Source of the DNA: Eukaryota sp. GEM-RC1
Taxonomy: Eukaryota
Length of the DNA stretch: 64,000 nt
Assembly (NCBI GenBank): GCA_040285855.1
Contig: JAUFOQ010000001.1
Span: 1,240,001 to 1,304,000 of the forward strand
Direction of reading: 5' to 3'
Both the position numbers and the translations under genes were made by a program. The notes under the pieces are model-generated. The model was not told the origin of the DNA and searched no databases. It was given only the letters and a program-made list of their open reading frames with translations. This document shows, piece after piece, positions 62,556 to 64,000 of this stretch; the stretch's first letter is position 1; each line of letters starts with the position of its first letter.

Positions 62556-63193
62556 AAGATCCTATAATGTTGTTAAACCCAAAAACTACTACGAACACTA
62601 CCTTTAACCATCAAACAATTGATTGTAGAAATGAAGTCATTTAATTTTAAAGTTTGGAAAAAAAATCAATGGTCTTGTCAAACAATCCACCGTGAACAGA
62701 AAAAACCAAAGGAACAATTTGCGAAACCAAATTCATTTCAATCCAAGGGGTGTTCTTCAAAATTCTCTTATTGAAAGCAAAATTGAAAGCTTCCTTTGGA
62801 CAATGGTTACATCAAATGTAATTTGAACGCTCTCTCATACAGTTCTTCTTATTGATAGCTTTGTTGTTACAAGTGCACAAGAAACGTATAAGAGAACTTT
62901 ATCAAGCTATGAATACAACAAAGGTATTGCCACGTGGCAACACTACCCTTTCGTTACAAGATATCCTGCAGCTATCTTATATTGGCTAATCATCAAAATG
63001 ACTTACAGCAGGAATATGACAGAATAACAAGACCTGGCTAATCGTTTCGATGCTTTCACACCGAACTTCTAAGAGCTTGACAGCACAGTCTTTTGCCAGA
63101 GACACTTCTTTGGTTATGGCTTGGAATTGTTACCTAAAGTCAAGGAAATAATATTTATTAAGAAAACAAATTCTAGTCTACACACCTACAACA

Positions 63194-63756
63194 CTACTTC
63201 TCCTCATTTGAGTGAGTCAAGAGGTTTCTAAAATAAGTTGTTTGTTCATTATCAGTAGTCTGAACCAGATTAGGTTCATGTTTGGGTTTTAAAGGACAAT
63301 TGGTGGCGATATGTCCTGGTTGCTGAAATTTGAAACATAAACGCTTTGACGATCGTCGACTAGAACGGAAAGGCAAATCTTGACATGAGGTGGAAACAGG
63401 TTCAATTGATGAAGATAGTCTGGATCGTGACTTCCAAGAGTCAGACCTCTCTAGATGAGTTAACTCATCTAGGACTATCGTTAGTTGGACGTCGTGATTA
63501 TAGAATTATCTTGGTGAACCTTGAGAGGACACTTTCTCGCAAAATGACCGGGTTTTTTACACTTAAAGCAAGTACCTTCTTGTAGCCTTGAAGAACGTGT
63601 GTGAGCCCTACTACGTGTCACGTCACTGCTCGGACTGGGAATGTCAGGGTCAAAAGGTCCAGTTATGTTGTCTCTTTTTCTCCATAATGAGACTCGGCGA
63701 GATCTACTAGATCTACTAGTTCGTCGGACAGGGTAGATACTAGCAACTACTACCAA
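63194..63756 (-). pseudogene. Gag-like remnant with two CCHC zinc knuckles
   Basis: CFKCKKPGHFARKC and CFKFQQPGHIATNC in Arg/Ser-rich context, separated by stops. Confidence 0.6.
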
Positions 63757-64000
63757 GCATATGATCCGTTATCTCCAGATTCCATAACAGTGGCAGTAAT
63801 TTGCATTTTTTTCTTCAAACGACGAAACTACTGAGGTAACACCATTGCTTTGAACTACAAAATTGTGGTGGGCAGCTCCCTTTGAGGAGTATCAGTCAAT
63901 AAATACTGCATAAGAATACTTTGCCACACTGGGACAGACCGAGTTAGTGACCTATTTTTTGATATCATCAGCTGCTTTGGCCAAGTGAACATTCATAGCT

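Noticed and set aside
1..64000. Genome-wide TGA reassignment or Euplotes-like programmed frameshifting
   Set aside because: Long Cys/Trp-containing ORFs lack internal TGA, and frameshift sites differ between paralogs and fall in homopolymers.

Overview
This is an AT-rich, apparently intron-free eukaryotic (protist-like) window. A few housekeeping genes (nicotinamidase at the left edge, F-actin capping protein beta, CEBPZ/Mak21) sit in an accessory region rich in mobile elements and ubiquitin-system genes. Mobile elements: two full-length Ty3/Gypsy LTR retrotransposons with identical ultra-short LTRs (102 and 91 bp, 4-bp TSDs, no tRNA-type PBS), a third 5'-truncated one, gag remnants, several hAT and Tc1/pogo-type non-autonomous elements, and MULE and RLE-type non-LTR remnants. 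The most unusual content is a modular set of putative ubiquitin-ligase/recognition genes: two tandem histone H2A-BTB-BTB-Sel1 fusions; four BTB-coiled-coil-SPRY genes whose SPRY loops are hypervariable (many NNT-to-NNT codon changes) on a conserved framework; a RING-kinase with a USP7-like UBL tail; and an RNI-type LRR gene. Together these look like a candidate protist immune/effector-recognition repertoire with integrated decoy domains (inference). There is also a 390-bp nested palindrome containing a tRNA-like B-box. Most ORF breaks are 1-nt indels in homopolymers and are probably sequencing errors. All domain calls are by eye from motifs; no searches were run.
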